The notes beneath the pieces were generated by a model. The model was not told the DNA's origin. It made no database searches and saw nothing but the letters and a program-made list of their open reading frames with translations. This document shows positions 61,149-64,000 of a stretch of DNA of 64,000 nt, one piece after another. A program made the position numbers and the translations under genes. Origin of the DNA: Polyangiaceae bacterium (GTDB taxonomy: Bacteria > Myxococcota_A > Polyangia > Polyangiales > Polyangiaceae); contig WQZB01000008.1 of the NCBI GenBank assembly GCA_009780955.1, forward strand, positions 13,368 through 77,367, read 5' to 3'. How positions within the stretch are numbered: the stretch's first letter is position 1; every line of letters begins with the position of its first letter.

Positions 61149-61871
61149 ATGCGCCGTATTGCCGTTTTGGTTGGTACAATTGGATTTTTGATTGCGGCTT
61201 GCTCGTCGGGCAACACATCATCCGGGTCAACGTCTGGAGGCTTGGTGGGCCCTGTCGTCACAGGGCACGCCACATGGTTCAACGCCCATGGCACTTTGAA
61301 CTGCAGCTTTCCCCCGTTTACGGATTGGATGGTCGGCGCTCCAAGTATGGCGCGCTATTACAATGCGGGCGAGGCTTGTGGCGAATGCCTCAAGGTCACA
61401 GGGAAGAGGGGCACCATCGTCATACGAGTTGTCGATAGCTGCCCCGACTGCGACACAAGGGACCCTGTCGCCGATCTCGATCTCTCCCAAGAAGCTTTCA
61501 AGCTCGTCGACGATCCCAACGCGGGATACGTGCCCATTACTTTCCAAGTTGTCCCGTGCGATGTCACGGGACCCATGCAATATCGATTCAAAGATGGGAG
61601 CACGCAGTATTGGACTGCCATTCAGGTGATCAACCACCGCGAGCCTATCGCCACGGTCGAATACGCCGATAGCAAAGGAAATTGGATTAATTTACCCCGC
61701 ACCGACTACAACTTCTTTATAGCCGACGGCGGCGTTGGGGCCCATTCGCAGCTCTCGTTGCGAATCACATCGATTTATGGGCAAGTCGTTGTCGATACGG
61801 TCAACGTCACCGTGGGCAAGAACGCCATCGACTCGAATACAATTTTCACCGGCACCCAGCAATTCGAATAG
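61149..61871 (+). CDS. Bacterial expansin (EXLX1-like), lipoprotein
   Basis: LIAAC lipobox; ACGECLKVTG, VVDSCPDC, DLDLSQEAF (DPBB); YWTAIQVINHREPI, RTDYNFF (CBM63). Confidence 0.92.
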   Translation: MRRIAVLVGTIGFLIAACSSGNTSSGSTSGGLVGPVVTGHATWFNAHGTLNCSFPPFTDWMVGAPSMARYYNAGEACGECLKVTGKRGTIVIRVVDSCPDCDTRDPVADLDLSQEAFKLVDDPNAGYVPITFQVVPCDVTGPMQYRFKDGSTQYWTAIQVINHREPIATVEYADSKGNWINLPRTDYNFFIADGGVGAHSQLSLRITSIYGQVVVDTVNVTVGKNAIDSNTIFTGTQQFE

Positions 61872-61876
61872 TGGTT

Positions 61877-61914
61877 GTAGGGGCGTAGGGCAGCCACAAG
61901 AGGGCCACCCCTAC
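61877..61914. repeat. Variant REP
   Basis: GTAGGGGCGTAGGGCAGCCACAAGAGGGCCACCCCTAC between convergent genes. Confidence 0.7.
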
Positions 61915-61926
61915 GAAATACAATCT

Positions 61927-62427
61927 CTACATCGCGACTTCGATGACTTTCCAGTCGCTGAATTCCTTTTCTATATCGACGATGTGCCCTATGCCGGATG
62001 ACTTGTTGACAAGCACAGTCTTGTCTTCGTTGAAAAAATAAATCTCATCGGAGTTGCTCGTGTCGAGAAACGCCCTCGTGCGCACATGACTCATTAAATT
62101 AAAGATCATTCTTATCGCTCGCTCGAAGCAAGCGCGCGATTCGAATTCATCATTAAAACGAAACGAAAGGAATTGCCTATATTCAAATTCGGCAGCCCTT
62201 CCTCCTCCCCCAAGAAGCCATATGTCCATCACGTTGTTCGAGGGCCCCATAGACTTGACCAGCGTCACCAGAAAGCCCAGCGTGTCGAAACATGATTCAC
62301 AATCGAAGACCCGCTCTACGTTTGGGGTTTCTACTGTGGATGTAAACCCAAGATCATGGATTCCTTTGAGAACCATTTCTTCGTCCAGAACTTCTTTTTC
62401 CAACTGAAGTATCAATTCCATAGCCAT
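61927..62427 (-). CDS. Immunity protein (SitI3-like)
   Basis: Acidic 166-aa protein directly downstream of the toxin; MAMELILQL N-terminus and SFRF..E pattern recall the SitI3 family; AT-rich. Confidence 0.65.
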   Translation of the reverse strand: MAMELILQLEKEVLDEEMVLKGIHDLGFTSTVETPNVERVFDCESCFDTLGFLVTLVKSMGPSNNVMDIWLLGGGGRAAEFEYRQFLSFRFNDEFESRACFERAIRMIFNLMSHVRTRAFLDTSNSDEIYFFNEDKTVLVNKSSGIGHIVDIEKEFSDWKVIEVAM

Positions 62428-62456
62428 TTTTCATTCTCCTATTCACACAGCAAATC

Positions 62457-63683
62457 TTAGGGATAAAGGTCAACAACAGACCCACTTCTCACTATCTTGA
62501 CCTCCTTCAAACCCTTAATGGGATAATCGGTCAATTGTTTGCGCATACTTTCGACATTGCCGCCCCAATCATCCAGATTGAGAACAATCCGATCTGCCTG
62601 TTTGTTGTCTACTTTTTGTTTGATATGGCTGTATACGCTTCGTGTATTCGTTTCGGTTTTGGGTGCATGGCAATCAAAGATCTCCCCTTCGATTTTGTAA
62701 TCTGGTTTTTTCCTACCGGGAACCTGGGGCCTTTGTTCTACATCGTAACCGTTCTTGGCTAGCGTGTCGGCTGCCTCATTTTCTCTTGTTATGCCTCTGA
62801 TTTTCTCAGCATCGTCTCTAGAATTAAATGTCGCGCGATGTCCCCTCGGCACGGCATTCGCGTCCGGCGACCTGCTTGGTTTGACGACATCGGCTTTTGA
62901 TGGGCCAGTGGTGGGCGACGACGCCTTGACAGGCGCCTCTGCTTCCGCAGACTTGCTCGGTTCGGTGGCAGGTGCTGAACCGGTGGCAGGCGAACCGGTG
63001 CTCACCAAGCCATGTACGATGAGATTCACCGCGCCGACAGCATGCGCCGTTGCAACACCGAGCGTGGCTACGCCGTGCGCCATGACCGGTACGGCGGCTG
63101 CCGTTGCAGTGCCGCCGCTTGTGACTTCACCCGCGCCACCGCCGCCGATTTCTGCCAGACCTTCCACGGTGAGAACCGCCGCCGAGCCCGCCTGACCTAC
63201 TCCGAATGCGAATTTGTCGTCTTTGGTCCCATATCGATCAACGGTGGCATCAATGGCTTGTTGCACCATCGCGCCTTCAGGGCCAAGCTGCCCGGTCGCA
63301 ACACCTGTGACGAGGCCGCCTGCTCCCATAACGTAAGGGCGCGCGCGTTCGGCAAGACTGCCTGGTTGATTAACACCTGGAATATACTGAGGGATCTTGC
63401 GAAGCAAATCTTCCGGGGTGGAATTGAGCAGCGGGCCAAGCGGACCAAGTACAGCGTCGGGCACATGCGCAGCTACGTTTTGCGCGTTGACCATGGCGGT
63501 GACGTCGGCGACGAACTGCTCGTCCATCGCCTTTGATGGCTCGGGCAGCGGGGGCGGCTCGGCCCGACGAGTGACCGAGGTGACGGCTTCTTTTGCTTTT
63601 GAAATAGCGTTGTGGGCTCCTTCTTCAGCTTGGTTAAAGGTTTCGCGAGCACGTGATGAAACGGAGTTGAACCAACTGTTCAT
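62457..63683 (-). CDS. Polymorphic toxin with C-terminal CdiA-CT-like tRNase domain
   Basis: RENEAADTLAKNGYDVEQ..KKPDYKIEGEIFDCHAP..KQADRIVLNL..LKEVKIV; Gly/Ala-rich hydrophobic middle segment; no signal peptide or lipobox. Confidence 0.82.
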   Translation of the reverse strand: MNSWFNSVSSRARETFNQAEEGAHNAISKAKEAVTSVTRRAEPPPLPEPSKAMDEQFVADVTAMVNAQNVAAHVPDAVLGPLGPLLNSTPEDLLRKIPQYIPGVNQPGSLAERARPYVMGAGGLVTGVATGQLGPEGAMVQQAIDATVDRYGTKDDKFAFGVGQAGSAAVLTVEGLAEIGGGGAGEVTSGGTATAAAVPVMAHGVATLGVATAHAVGAVNLIVHGLVSTGSPATGSAPATEPSKSAEAEAPVKASSPTTGPSKADVVKPSRSPDANAVPRGHRATFNSRDDAEKIRGITRENEAADTLAKNGYDVEQRPQVPGRKKPDYKIEGEIFDCHAPKTETNTRSVYSHIKQKVDNKQADRIVLNLDDWGGNVESMRKQLTDYPIKGLKEVKIVRSGSVVDLYP

Positions 63684-63832
63684 GACAGCCTAAGTCGGCC
63701 GCTTTCGACCGCGAGTTGCGTCGATGAACCAAAAATCGTCAGGCGCTCGTTATCAATTCAGCAACGTCATAACATTGCAGTGAGAGTGCGCTGGATGGTG
63801 CTTGCCGTGCGGACCAAAACGGCCTTGGCGGG

Positions 63833-64000
63833 CTACCTCATTCGAACGACAACGCGTTCAGGCCGCCCCTCGTTGTCGAGCATGATCGAATCAGGCTTCG
63901 CCCCACGGCGATCGAGCTCGCTCATCACGCGCTCGGCTTGTTCGAGCTTGCGCCGGTAAGGCATAACTCCCATGCGCAACAAGACCGGGCCATTTCCGAC
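63833..64000 (-). CDS. Probable C-terminus of FtsQ/DivIB (gene continues past the window)
   Basis: Open frame ...KLEQAERVMSELDRRGAKPDSIMLDNEGRPERVVVRMR* resembles myxobacterial FtsQ C-termini; only 55 aa visible. Confidence 0.55.
   Translation of the reverse strand, partial: VGNGPVLLRMGVMPYRRKLEQAERVMSELDRRGAKPDSIMLDNEGRPERVVVRMR

Overview
A ~60% GC chromosomal segment that looks myxobacterial (Polyangiales/Sorangiineae-like). That assignment is an inference from gene content: AglRQS-like motor, TIGR02266-type PilZ, Cys-rich lipoproteins, SitI3-like immunity. All protein identifications come from motif recognition by eye, not database searches. The housekeeping backbone includes mreBCD-mrdA-rodA, lysA, pyk, nadA, mlaE, moeB/moaB/moeA, dtd, pdxA, tldD, epmA, pgsA, rsmD, truA, degP, secA, recA, comM and the 3' end of a probable ftsQ. 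Accessory material includes an acetone carboxylase operon (acxABC) bracketed by inverted REP-like repeats, a tRNase-type polymorphic toxin/immunity pair, an expansin and an orphan IS3 orfA. The most striking non-annotated signal is a family of 50-145 bp structured mini-elements. They share a conserved internal fold, with a 6-bp stem that covaries between copies, but they carry two unrelated types of terminal inverted repeat. One copy sits in frame, with a TAA target duplication, inside a lipoprotein signal peptide. Another marks the junction of a tandem gene duplication. A separate GTAG-class REP family is abundant and supplies the TAG stop codon of four genes.
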